From: Sphaeroforma arctica JP610
Taxonomy: Eukaryota
Direction of reading: 5' to 3'
Assembly: GCF_001186125.1 (NCBI RefSeq)
Contig: NW_014040224.1
Location: 1-64,000 of the forward strand
DNA length: 64,000 bases
The notes under the pieces were generated by a model. The model was not told the origin of the DNA. It searched no databases and saw only the letters and a list, made by a program, of their open reading frames with translations. Numbering within the stretch: the first letter of the stretch is position 1; every line of letters begins with the position of its first letter. A program made the translations under genes and the position numbers. Of this stretch, positions 39,035 to 52,686 are shown in pieces.

Positions 39035-42000
39035 ATGCAGTATTCAGGTATAGGTCGGCGAGTACTGAGCTATACGTCCAATGTGTACAATGCATGCAAG
39101 TGTACATTACGTAAGAGTTCAGATCAGGCCGCATTCAGCAAGAAAGTGATGAATCGATTCCCAGAAAATATAGTATTCGCCTTTGCTTATGGTTCAGGAA
39201 TTTCCCCACAAGAGGGAAGTGACATAAAGGTAAGTTGGTATAAATATCTCAGGGAGATTGATAGACCGAGCATATTTCCAGTTTGCACGTGTCTTTTTCA
39301 ATGCGAATTAAAACATCATCTATTGTCGGAAGAAGCTGCTGTATGGACAGCGATTTCATCCTTGTAGCTGTGAATTGCTCAGTCATATATGGCCACGCCA
39401 TGCTTCAGGAATAATATGTCGTACAACAGATCATATGATACGTCGGGACCGAGCTTGTGCTCCTTCTCCATAAACCACGTCAATGTATCGGTAAAAGTCA
39501 ATTAACCTGGCATCCAAGAGTTAACCCCTCCAACATTCGTAATCTCAAACCTATGTAGCACCTATCTAGTGCTTATATGCTGCAACAAGCATATGAAGTG
39601 AGTGAAACACCACATTCGTGCATACGTACACATATTTTTTGTATACATGTCTGCAAACGTATCGAATTAATGAATGAAACCATACATATTAAGCTGTATA
39701 CTCTCAAATACTTGCGTGGAAACACACTTTAAAGCCTGCATAATTTTTCATTTACTTATTCGTCCATAAATAACATATACCGAGCTGCATACTCTTGCAT
39801 ACGTATGTGGACACACACCGTTAAACTGTGTATTTTTATTCTTTTAATAATCTATAATTGCGTGCGTATGCGTATATTTTACCTCGTCGTTATGTATTGT
39901 GCGCATCTTTTCATATCGAAAGACACAATATTGAAGAATGTGTCTGCAAATGCAAATAACTTTATGTTCTGTTTCTCTGAAAGTCTTAACAATATGGTGT
40001 GAATCAATATATGATCGTCCTCAATTGTCCTATTTATGCACGTGTATGTGTATGTCTGTGTTATCCTGTACATCATCTTGCACAAAAAATGAACACAAGT
40101 GAATGCATATACTCACACGCACATCTATATATATATATACACACACACTCATATATATATATATATAGCACCTGTATAGTCGTATATATTAGTCATACTC
40201 ACTATAACACAAAACTTGTATATGTAATCAGGTTCATTCACGGACAAATGCTCGTGCATATATGTTGAGTAGGCACTTCATTCGGATGTAAGAATGTCCA
40301 TGTAGAAATCCAAGAGTATCTACTTAATTTTTTCTTCATTTTCTTGCTCGTATAGTGGTTTTTCTGAGAGACATATATTCATTTTGCAATATTACATGTG
40401 CCCGCCCTTTTTTATGCTGAAGTTATTTAGGTACATGTGCGATATCTATATTTTTGGACGCGAGATGCAACCATGATAGTTTGTTGCGGAGCTCGTCATG
40501 ATATGTTCTTCATACACGAACGTGTTTTTTGCCCATTTCTTCTGCATTTCGATGATGAGTAATACGCATAATTGAAAGAGAAATTTTCTGTTTAATCTGA
40601 CGATGTGTGTATTTCTAGTCGCTTCGTAGACACAATTTATATCAGCACGAGCTCTTAAAAGACGTGTTCACCGGTATAATTACAGGACAATATGATTGAT
40701 CTGGTATTCGCCGTGGAAGATTCTCGTCGATGGCATTCTGAAAATTTGAAGCGAAACCCTACAGATTATTCAGCAATGAGGTTTCTTGGTCCCGCAGCGA
40801 TCACACATCTCCAAACAAAAGTTGGAGCGTCTGTTTACTACAACACTCTGGTGCCTTTCGAAGATCGTGTATGTTAGGTTTCAGATCAACTTTTTGTTCA
40901 GTCTTTCCGCTTCTTTGTGTGTAGTAGAACTGATTGTGTCACATGAAAGCAAAGCAGTTCATACTGATTTGTCAAGCAAAAATACAGGGATGCACTTTGA
41001 ATGCTTATTTTAGTCATCTAACCACAGTTTAGCATTATATACTGTACTTTTTCAGCTTATAAAGTATGGGGTTATCGAGGCTGATGATTTAGCCAAGGAT
41101 CTAACCGAGTGGAATACTCTCTATTTAAGTGGTAGACTCCATAAACCGGTAAGGATCGGCATCTAGATTTTTCGATGTGTTCAGACTCTGAGATCAATTT
41201 CAGTTGTTTCTACGTATCGCTTGTGTCGACTATTGTGTTGTTCCTGACTGGGGCTACACAATATCCATTCTACAGATCACGATGTTGAAAGAGCCAAATG
41301 CGGATCTCAGGTCGCTGTATTCACAGAACTTACTTTCGGCTGCTGAGATGGCTCTGCTCCTCTTGCCGGAGAAATTCAGGGAATCTGATTTTTTCGAAAC
41401 TATAGCTGCATTTTCATACACGGGCGACTTCCGTATGACATATGGCGAGCACCCTCGCAAGATTCAAAATATAGTCAAAGGTAATTTGAACGGGTATGTG
41501 GTATTACTGTTCGTCTTCGCGGAGTGAATCAGAAAACAAATTTGAACTAAAATAGGAAGAATGGACACTGCTTGTACGTAGATTAGCGCAGGAATTGAAA
41601 TTTTTTTTTTGGCTTACCCTGCATGTTCATGCACGTGTACAGTATATCAGGCCCACCGAGAGCTGTGTGAAAAGTTCACCATCAACCGGAACCTTTCTGA
41701 TTTCTATAATAGGTTCCGAACAATGTACGCGCCGTCGATCGAAGATTTAGTCGAGCGTTGTGTTTTGTCTACGGCTAGCGATGGCACTATGTCACAAAGC
41801 AAAGACATTGAAGTGTTGCAACGACTGTGTGATGGTCTACCGTCCAATTTACAAAGAGTCACCGTTTCGGGCAGCAGAGATCGAGTATACACGCCGCTCG
41901 AAATTCAAAAAGGCATGTGACAATGCAGAGACAGTGATGCGTATTTGACATATGGCGCTGGTTTTATGGTGCTGAAGTATTGGAGAACGGCATGTGCGCT

Positions 42001-42281
42001 ATTGTTTTGTATTCTGTGATAATCAAATATACGAATTTTTCGATCTACTCTAAGCTGGTCAAGTCGCATCTCTATTTTTTTATTCCAGATGATTTCGCGA
42101 TTCCTCAATGCTTATCTTATCCATGCAAATAATTTCCATAATAGGGATGGCCAGGATCGTCAAGTGGTCGAGTTTAATTCAAAGTGCGAAGGGACTTCCC
42201 ACGGCCGGTTTCTTCAAATCGGCTGAGTACTTAGGCGCCAAGCTTAGGAAGTATTACAAAGCTGACCAAAAGAAGAGCTGA
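39035..42281 (+). CDS. TAM41: Mitochondrial phosphatidate cytidylyltransferase
   Basis: Exons 39035-39229, 40686-40868, 41056-41148, 41276-41493, 41713-41912 and 42145-42281. Motifs [66 protein letters not shown]. Confidence 0.95.
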
Positions 42282-43609
42282 CCAAAAGAAGACTTCACAT
42301 GCCAGCGTTGGTTCGCTGCTAAGTGAGCTTCTACAATTGCACTAATGTCTGTGGGCGGACATTGTTTTTCATTGCCAGAAGCAAAATTCTGTCTATTTTA
42401 GAAGGCTACGAAAATTCAGTGTTGTGGCACCACAGTCTGCACTATAATCCAGGCACAATGGCCGGCAGAATCCAACAATCCAATTTGCTCCTCCAATGCG
42501 TTCTTGGACCGAGTGAAGTTTTTTGCAGTACCTGTAGCAAATATAAGTCGAGGGCCAACCGACCAGAACTTTCCAATTACTCAGCACATCTCAGAAGCTC
42601 AAGCTAATGACCAACCCGGTATGACAGCGATATGTGTTGCGGGAGTTTAGAAATACAAACGTGTCACGATCAAATGGCTCGTCTATCAATATATTTATCG
42701 CAGAATGAAATGGGGTACATATATAAGTGTTCTCTTAGTGTTATTATAGCCTACGAATGAAAGGCTAGGAATAAAAGGATTTATGTTACCTACATCACGT
42801 AATTGGCCCGCGCTATCGCAGAGATCAATATCTCGTCTGTAGTTTTTATATATTAGATCACTGAGTGTGAGGGTGGCGAGTATTCTCCCGAACCAAAAAC
42901 CTGGCTACAAGGATAGTGGCGTTGACAATGTGATATAAAAAGTCGCTCAAGAGCGCTATTTAATACTGGGCTTAATAGCTTTCGTGTTCACATGAATTGT
43001 TATTAAAGTTCACAGAGCAGTTTTCAGAGATTCACTGCTGCATGATAAAAGAATGAGAATAGCCGAAGAAAAGGCAGTATAGATAACGGGATAATTAGGT
43101 AGATATATATATATGGTTGAATAAAGACGCTTTGATAGTATCGCCTCAATTAAAGTTCAGACCGCTTAAGAATGGGCGAACAGTGAAGCAGTGCTGCCGT
43201 ACTCGATATCATGTCTTATCAAACGCTACGGATGCATATTTGACGCCAAGTGGGCCAAATGTCGGGTGTGCTTTGTCCATAGACCTGTTGATTGCGTATG
43301 GGTGAGGCGTATGATGCATGTCCAGTACAAGTGGATAAGACATACTCGATATATTCTATCACATCGAGCGCACGCCAGAATATAATACACCTTAAGCGAG
43401 AAAAACTATGGTGGTCAGTATCTCAGATTTCTTGACATCGCTCTCCACGCTTCAAACGCTGGGAAATTGTTCCCTCCATGATCGCTGATCAGCCCCCTTG
43501 GCAAATGGATTCAGTGCTAGTTGGTTGGTTTGCCCAATGACATATGAGACGTGTCCACTAAGGCACACAAGTGTTCCCAAATCACAGTGAACACTCGATT
43601 GGCGAGCGC

Positions 43610-46094
43610 TCAAACCAAATTCTTTAAGTGATCAAGAATTTCTTGCTGGAACGCCATATCAGTCGTCCGTCCAATGACCGAAGCTTTGTCTGCTAGAGTG
43701 GACATACCTTCGCCCGTTTGCCCAGAACCAAACATGGCGGGATTCCCGGCCGACCTTTGGTGTTGAACATTTGAGCGGCTAAGGTTAGAACTCGACAGCA
43801 CCTTACTGTGCGCAGGCGAGGCTCGCCCAAATTGACTCACATCCGACAATGACGACGAATTACTCAGTGTATGAATGACCGATTCCAAATTAGATGCACT
43901 GATACTCATGGGTGATGAATATCCCGGAGCGGCGCCTTGCTGATTGAACTGGTTCGGACCATTATTGTGAACCATATTATCATTGCCACGATAGGGGTTC
44001 ATCAAATTTGTTGTGCTGGTATTTCTGCTACCGGGCATGCTGGCCTCGCCATTGCCTTCGAACATGCCAGCGGTATTTACCATAAGGTCTTCGCGCGAGG
44101 CAGAGAAGTTTGGCATGGATTGATCTGACGCTTGTGGATTCCAAGAGTTTGCTCTACCGTGGCTAAGACTTTGGTTCGCTATTCGATTTACTTGTTGCTG
44201 GGCGTGCGGTGGTGGATTTATAAGTGGATTATTGAGCATGGTTCGTAAGTTGTTGCTCTGCTGCGATAGAGAGTCTGAGGACATGGATTGCATGTCGTTG
44301 CCAAACGAGCGAGTATTCTTGAAGGGCTGATTGTGCGCCACATTCCCATAGGAGTTCGACGCGCTTAGAGAAGATTGTGACGGATATTGCTGCGAGAACT
44401 GTTGCCGTTGCTGCATCTGCTGTTGTTGGTACTGTTGATGTTGCATCTGCATTTGTTGGCTCTGACTCTGGTCCTGCCCTGTAACCGCCACGAAATTAGC
44501 CCCCATAAGATCCAAGACGGAATTGTTCCTCGAATTTGCCGCCGAGCCACCTTGGCTTTGATTGAACTGTCGCTGTTGCTGGTTTTGTTGCATTTGAAGA
44601 TCCTTGTTGCTATGCCAGCTGTTCATATTATCGGTACTGTCTCTGAGCTGTTGAAAATTCTCCAGCGATGTCGCCATATTGCTGTGAAAGAGGACAAAAT
44701 AATAATAATGCCTAAACATCGGACACAAATGCGAGGTGACAGGAAGTCTTGCATTACCGGCGAGGCAGAATGATCATGTAGTCTTAAGATATCCCCAAGG
44801 GGGGAGGGGGCAGGGGGTAGGGAAGACTGCCCTAAACAATATAGCTGGTTCTCGAAACAAGCAAGATAGCTTATATACTAAAAAAGTACACTTGAAAACG
44901 ATTACTCAAGCACACTAACATACTTCGGATTCATTCGCATTGGCAAATTGCCCATCGATAGTGAAGTCATGGGCGATTGGGCAGAATTCATCCGCATGCG
45001 TTCTATACGATCCACTTGCGGGGAAGTCGTATTTGATTTGTTCATGGAGTCGTGAAACCCGCCCACTGCTGACCATGCCAACTGATTGGAATTTAACCTT
45101 TGACTTGGTATTCTACCACCACCTGGGGAGCCTGGTTGACTTGCACTGCCAAATCCATGCTCACTATGAATAACAAGAGCAAATGTACTAAGTTTGTCGT
45201 CCGCAGAATATCAAGATAGACAAATCGCTTCTGAAACCCAGAATAGCACGCCACTCGACTTTTTTTAGACACGAATATGACAACTGCCAGATACTTCAGG
45301 CGCATGCACCCACATGCGCGTACGACGACATAATGTCATCTCTAATTACGTACATATGGTGAATGTAGCAGAATAGGATGTGTTGAAAACACGATGACCC
45401 ATATTCAATAAAGCATCACTATACAAATATGCATAAGTGGACCAAAAAATGACTGAATACTTCGTACTGCACATAAACATTGAGAATCGCACAGCTAACA
45501 GCAAGACAAGACAATTCCGAAAAGAGCCAGACAATAAAATCAATATATATATATTAAAAGCAGCACTCAATATGTACTTCCACCAAACAATCCAACACCC
45601 GCAATAATATAACCCAATGGGCGTCCATGCACATACATACGATTCAATAGCGAGACAAACTGGCTGTGCGAGGGATCACAGGCACAAACACAAATAAATA
45701 AATAAACATATAATATATNNNNNNNNNNNNNNNNNNNNNNNNNNNNNNNNNNNNNNNNNNNNNNNNNNNNNNNNNNNNNNNNNNNNNNNNNNNNNNNNNN
45801 NNNNNNNNNNNNNNNNNNNNNNNNNNNNNNNNNNNNNNNNNNNNNNNNNNNNNNNNNNNNNNNNNNNNNNNNNNNNNNNNNNNNNNNNNNNNNNNNNNNN
45901 NNNNNNNNNNNNNNNNNNNNNNNNNNNNNNNNNNNNNNNNNNNNNNNNNNNNNNNNNNNNNNNNNNNNNNNNNNNNNNNNNNNNNNNNNNNNNNNNNNNN
46001 NNNNNNNNNNNNNNNNNNNNNNNNNNNNNNNNNNNNNNNNNNNNNNNNNNNNNNNNNNNNNNNNNNNNNNNNNACAACAACAAATAAATAAATA

Positions 46095-46138
<44 letters not shown>

Positions 46139-48561
46139 ACAAATATATATATATATACATACACATACATACATACATATATATATATAGGTATGTACTG
46201 ATCTTTGCCGCAAGTAAAAGACGAGAAAAAAATAAATTGACTTTCTACCTACTATGTTCCGTAGTGTATTTGCACACGTTGGGCGTGAAGCTTGCAAATA
46301 AAAATAACCTGTATACGGACAGAGGGAGGATACCAACATTTGTACCTCTCAAAATAAAAACCAGAATACAGAAGAGCCAAAGTATCGTGTTTCTTGATGT
46401 AGCTATTATTGCCACTTGTCGAGAGAAGAAAATCCAAAAACATGCGCTCTCAAACGGAAACAGAACACGGCGAAGAACGAAAACAGAAGTAGTCACACCT
46501 TAGCGTAAAGGAATAGCTGCACGATCTTAACAGTTAAGCACAATCTATCACGTGCTGTGCCACGAATACAACATATATTTGAACTCGGCAAAATGGACTA
46601 GTACGTGTCACTTACTACAAGGTGTCGCCGGCATGCGCCGACATTGCGCCTCCCTGAACCCTTTCGCCCGTCGCAACGTTCAGTCGGCAATCTTTCAGAC
46701 TGCCGTGTCGTGCAAGGGGAAAACGGGGGTTGTTGTACGGCATGCCTCTCACCCGGCCTAACGCGGGCGAATGCGCAATTGTTTCTGTGACAGACACGGG
46801 TGGGCCTCCTGTCAGTAAAGAGCAATGCAATCTTGTGTGACTGTCGTCACGCGAGAAAGTGCCATTTCATTGAACGAGATCTTAAGATGCTACAAAGTAC
46901 GCACCAAATATGTGTAGATGGAATACCAAACTGCAAAAATACATTAAAATCCACAGCATTCTGCCAATAAAAAGTATATATCCACGATTATTCTATGGAT
47001 GTTTTTGTAGGTTTCCGACGTATTCAAACATCCTCAAAATAAACAAGTGACATTAGAGCATTCGACAATACAACTGTAAGTAGGACAGGGTTATAAGTTC
47101 ACATTGTTCTGGATTTTGCAAGTGAACGAAACAAATTAAGACGAAACAAATTATCGGCCAGTTAATTGTAATGCGAAGACCCAAGAAGAAGACGTAGCTC
47201 AAACGCGTTGGTTTTGTACTATAAGTCCTGTCAAAGATAGGCGAGCTCCACCACGTCTGTGTAAATATGTATATATGTGTACAGTCATGCTGCGTCGTAG
47301 AAAACAGTTTATACCGAAGCTTAAATTGTTTCCAAATTTGTTGAAAAACTGTTGCGGACACGGAGAGATGAGTGATACATTAATAGCAAAGAAATGATAA
47401 AGTGACAACACCACCAACGAATGTACACCGGCGAATCTGTGAAGAAACGCCTCGCACTTGTTTCAAAAATAGTCAGGAGAATTGTACAAGACAGTCTCAT
47501 GCGCAGAAACGAGTAACATTGAAGCAGAACCACACCGTTGCCGACAAAGGTGTACTTGCTGATGTATTAGGTATGCAAAGATTACCAGTCTATCGTACCT
47601 TGCATACCGGGTATATTTTGATTTGGTAGTGGCATGTACATCGGGAGAGTTAATCCTCTTCGACGGGCAGGGCTGCGTGATGCATGCTTTAAGCGAACAT
47701 GCTGGGAGTTGATTTGAACGAAATTTAAAGGTCGATGGATAAATGTTTTCAAAATACAGTCAAAGAGTAGACCAGATGACACTTTCAATATCAAAGAACA
47801 AGACAAATGATATCTGTGCACGTCCGCAATTGAAATCTTGTGACGATATGAAGTATCAACTAAGCCCAGCACGGTCTTAGCCAGCTTTGCCCACACAAAC
47901 ACGACAAACACTACGACTACACAAGCATATCAAAATCGGTATTCAGCTATTAGAGGCGTAGTTCATATACGTATATGACAGAACACTTTAAAATAGAGTG
48001 GACACTATACTTAATTGTAGACCGCGCAACGGGAATCTCCAAGGGAACAACATTGTAAACTGGGCGGGAAAAGCAACACATACGCAGCAAGAGCTTCAAC
48101 AATGCATTGTGATTTCTTTTCAGGTCAAAGACGAGAACATAAAAATAAAAATATACAAAGCAAAATAAAGATTGCAGCAGACCAGCCAAAGGGCTGACCA
48201 TGAACATGGGAGATAAATGCGACGAATCGGGCAGGGAAACTTCAATGCCGCTCCTACTAACTCCTTCAAACTAGCTATGGAACTCTTTAAAAAATAAAAG
48301 CCAAGATAAAGTCAAATAAATAAAACTGCTTGTCTACCCTTCGTAGTATACCTGGTTCAGTGAGTGCTCGGAAGCATAGGGCCGACCGCAGTTGGGGTGT
48401 TCACAAACGTACGACCGATCCAATTCGGCAAAGGTTCGTCTGCGCCGCCTGCCTTCGCCCCCGCCATCGTCGTTCTTCATATCACTTTCATTTCCCGAGG
48501 CAACAGACTCCTCATCACCCACAGGAGAGCTCCCCTCTGCGATATCTTTGATGGGGCTCAT
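43610..48561 (-). CDS. Single C2H2 zinc-finger transcription factor with Q/N/S-rich C-terminal region
   Basis: RRRRRTFAELDRSYVCEHPNCGRPYASEHSLNQ|HVRLKH is split by an intron. Phase-consistent exons: 48561-48352, 47701-47608, 46757-46616, 45163-44924 and 44681-43610. Start codon uncertain. Confidence 0.8.
45719..46073. other. Assembly gap
   Basis: Run of N. Confidence 1.
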
Positions 48562-49771
48562 GCTGAGATGGGCTACTTGTTGTATAGAGGGGATGTATAG
48601 TGGTGTAACACAAGGTTTGACGAAGCTTGTACTATTGTGCAACTTGCTTGTTGTGCTGACGGTGTCTCAAGAATATTGGGTATCTTGTCAGCTTCTATGG
48701 TTTGTCATTAAAGATCTCCAGTTGGTTATATCTGAGCGGGTTTGCAAGCGTTGCGCTGAGGTATGATACACACTATGGGGTTACCATAGTAGTCCGTGTT
48801 CAATTTTGGTACATACGCATGTAAAAAGTCGTTCACAGACCATTCCTGGATTAAGCATATTGATATATTCCTGGATAAAGCATATTGATATATAACAGTT
48901 TTTTGAATATATTTTATTCACATTCTTTTTAATATGTAGGAATTATGTGCGGATTTGTCATACAGACGCCGCAAATACACCGCACACATATTTCCCACAT
49001 AAAAAAATTTAAAAACTAAAACTCGTAACTGACAGGTTTTATTTAGAGTATATAAATAGGGACTCAGTTCGGACTTCGGAGTCCTCCGGACACAAAAAAT
49101 AGGAAAAGTCTTAGCACTAAGCGGATAAAAAAAGTGCAAAAGGTTTTATGAGCCAATAGAAATATAAATATAGGTATAAATGTATATATGTTTGTATATA
49201 AACATGTATGTATGTATATATGTATAGGGATAATATTATTTATTTCAAAAATGGCAAGTATGTATGATACAATGTATGAACATATGGTATGGCTCTCATA
49301 GTCGCTGTAGTGGTTCAGGAAAGATTGATGGGAAGAAGTGGTCAGTAAATTCCCGTTTGAAGCTTGGGCCAAGTGAGTCGACAATGGAAGATATGTGCTG
49401 AGTGTGTTTCCATATATTCGCTTGCTGACCTACTAAGTAGAGTACCCACCTCAGTGGTACGGATCGGATCTGCGCCGTGTAGTGCCGCGGAATGGGTTAG
49501 TGCCGGCATAGTGGTCGCAGTCTTAACAAATCTCTTGATTTTCGACAAATTGTACCGAAAATACCTAAAACTCGGAGAATCTCCGAGTTCGCGATGTGAA
49601 GTGTGGACTAGTGAATGGTGATATAAATATACTTCCTACTTCTATATATCCCATATTTCATTGGTGAGCCATGGTATTTTCATATTTTCATATGTATTGT
49701 CATACATATAGTGTGACTCGATGTCACTGGTAGACGTGTGGTGTATTTTACATACATAAATAGTACTTTTA

Positions 49772-49936
49772 AGAGTGCAGAGTGCAGGCTGAGACTGCAG
49801 ACAGTGCAGAGTGCAGACTCTGAGACCGCAGACAGTGCAGAGTGCGGCCTCTGAGACTGCAGACAGTGCAGAGTGCAGACTCTGAGACTGCAGACAGTGC
49901 AGAGTGCAGACTCTGAGACTGCAGACAGGGCAGACT
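49772..49936. repeat. 31-bp minisatellite, ~5 copies
   Basis: Unit CTGAGACTGCAGACAGTGCAGAGTGCAGACT; TGAGAC recurs at 49790, 49821, 49852, 49883 and 49914. Confidence 0.93.
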
Positions 49937-50820
49937 TCACTGCAGAGTTTTCAGTTTTGAGTCACAGTGCAGAGTTGCAGAACTATCCTCATTACGTTTC
50001 TCGTTAAAACGCAAAAAAAAACCAAAGAATTAAGCGTTTGCGTTCAAAGTTTATCTTAAATATAGTCCTATGGGTATACAAATAGGTACATTTTTTCAGG
50101 CGGCCTATCTGTCACGAATTGTCCTATTTTTTTAAAAACTCAGGTGCAAATTTGGAAAATTTTCATGGTCGATTTGCCCCCGATATACTTTAAAACGCTT
50201 TAAAAAAACAAAACCTTTTGCGTTTACGTTAAAAGTTTATCGCATATATAAAATACACACACCAACAAGAGAGAAAGAGTATATCATGACCCTCTCTAGA
50301 GAAGAAAGAAAATATGGCTGAACGGACTAACCTGTATATTTACTATTATTTTGAGTGTGTATTTTTATTTAGGCCCGTTAAATAGGGTCAGTCCTGCCGC
50401 CAAATTTACTAAAAAAATTTAGCAGGCTATGCATATTCATTTAATAAAAAAAATTACAGGCGGCAGGCGACCAGCTAAATACGGGTCCGTAGGTCGTATT
50501 TAGGACCATCCGACATATATAAAAATCATTTCTTGAAAAATGGTCTTTCACCTTGAAGAGCCTCACATGATGAGTTATGAGGTGTTGAATTTCATCTGTT
50601 GTACTTCGTAAATACATATGTAAATATAAATACAACGTACATGTGAAATTTTGTAGAAGTCATTATTTTGTACAACGTTGATTGCGTAAAATAATAAATA
50701 TGATATTATGGATAACTTGATATTTTTGAAAGTATAGGGAGGGGTAAGAGAAGGTCGTGGTTGGTAGTAAAAAGGTCAGGAGATTTCTAGAGAGAACTTA
50801 TATCGGCTCTAATTGCGAGA

Positions 50821-51975
50821 TTGAGGCCAGTACTAATGTCTTTATTGGGTTATAACACTCGAGTTGGATTTTATATTCAAGTTTCAATGGTAATTGGAAT
50901 TGCTAAGGCATTCAAACAGAAAACTGCAGAAGATGAAGAGGATTTCGAGGATAGTGATTTTGATACCGATTGTGATTCAGGATCTGAGGTCGATCTTAGT
51001 GATAACGATGAAGATTTAGTTGTTGATGGAGAAACTGAGGCAAAAGTGGCGGGGATGACACAATGTACGACGATATTTAAGTGGTGACGATGAAGATGAC
51101 TATCCAGAACCACCGGAGGCACTGCTGCAAGTATATCGACACGTGTTGTAGGATATCGTCCATCTTATGGATCAAATATCTGTTAGAGAAGCACGTATAT
51201 CAATGGCACTATTGGTGGCTCGTTTGTGACGATGCTTTATGTATCGATACTGCTGATACAAAGAAGGCAGTTGTAGCTGTGCTTGAAGCGCGTAGGAAGA
51301 CATACAGAGGTATGCTCAAAACGGAGCGTGGCAGGCGGTATTTGCGTACATAAACGGGTACCATGTTTTGTACCTCGTCAAAGCTTGATGCATACTCGTG
51401 TCAAGAAAGTTTTCGATCTGTTGGGTGGTAAGATCGATTCCATAACTTAGGAAGGTGACCAAGAGGGGTTGGTGTTTACAAATGCTAGCGTGGAACTAAT
51501 GTATAGTAGAAAAACGGGCATTCGTATGTAGAATTGTAAGTGGGCGGATTTCGGATGACGTATTGGCTTATTTCAGGCATACACAAAACTATAGGCAAGA
51601 TATACTTTTCCAGATGTGGTTCACTGCGCTACGCAACTCGGTGACAAGTGTGCGATGATATACTTAGAGTTTACTGATGAAATCGTACCGATTGAAACCG
51701 TATATATGCAAATATTACCGCTTAGAGGGTAACCTGTGGCCCGCCCCGACGATTACGTTCCATCTGATGAAAACTTCGTTCTTGCGGACCTCAGACATTT
51801 GATACAGGATAAAATCAACGATGAGATCTATGCTCGACAAAGTGATGCAAAACAAGCCCTTGATTATCTTCATGTTTATTTGTCCAGATATGGGCACAAT
51901 TGAAGGATGGCTCTTGATGGAAAGGCTTAATAGAGTGTTTGATGCGGAAGATCGACCTTTTGATATGCTGCAGTA
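50821..51975 (+). pseudogene. Decayed intronless coding-like stretch of unknown origin
   Basis: Acidic EDEEDFEDSDFDTDCDSGSEVDLSDNDED segment, then protein-like frames broken by stops. No recognisable family. Confidence 0.35.
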
Positions 51976-51977
51976 TG

Positions 51978-52051
<74 letters not shown>

Positions 52052-52071
52052 NNNNNNNNNNNNNNNNNNNN

Positions 52072-52106
<35 letters not shown>

Positions 52107-52686
52107 CTATATATATATATATATAATATATATATATATATACTACTATATATATATATATATATTATTATATATATATTATATTATAATAACTACTATA
52201 TATATATATATATATATATGTAGATATATATATATATATATATATATATATTTCCCTTGACTACTTGTCCTCTCTAGGCTATAATGCAACTGGTAGTGGG
52301 TGTAGGTTCGAACGAACTGCTGATCATGGCGGTCAGTACGGGGGTGTGTTTGGGTGTTTGTAGTGCTGTGTATAGTGACAGGGGTATTCGAGGCACACAG
52401 ACTCAGTGTGGTGGACGTTGACGATTTTAATTTTGTTTTAAAATAAAAAAAATACTTTTTGTCGGATCTGCAACGAATTGCGCGCTCTCTTAACCAATTA
52501 AATGACGCACTTTTTATTCAAAAGTGTGAGCTTCGCTCATACCTGTTATATTAAAAAAACCCCATATTTATTATGTATGTTAAAAGTAAACAAATATGTT
52601 TACATGGGTTTCCCGTTTCTGCTCTGTAGTGCCGCTGTATTAAAATATACAATGGTGTTGTTCGGATGTCGTTTCACTTTAAATAG

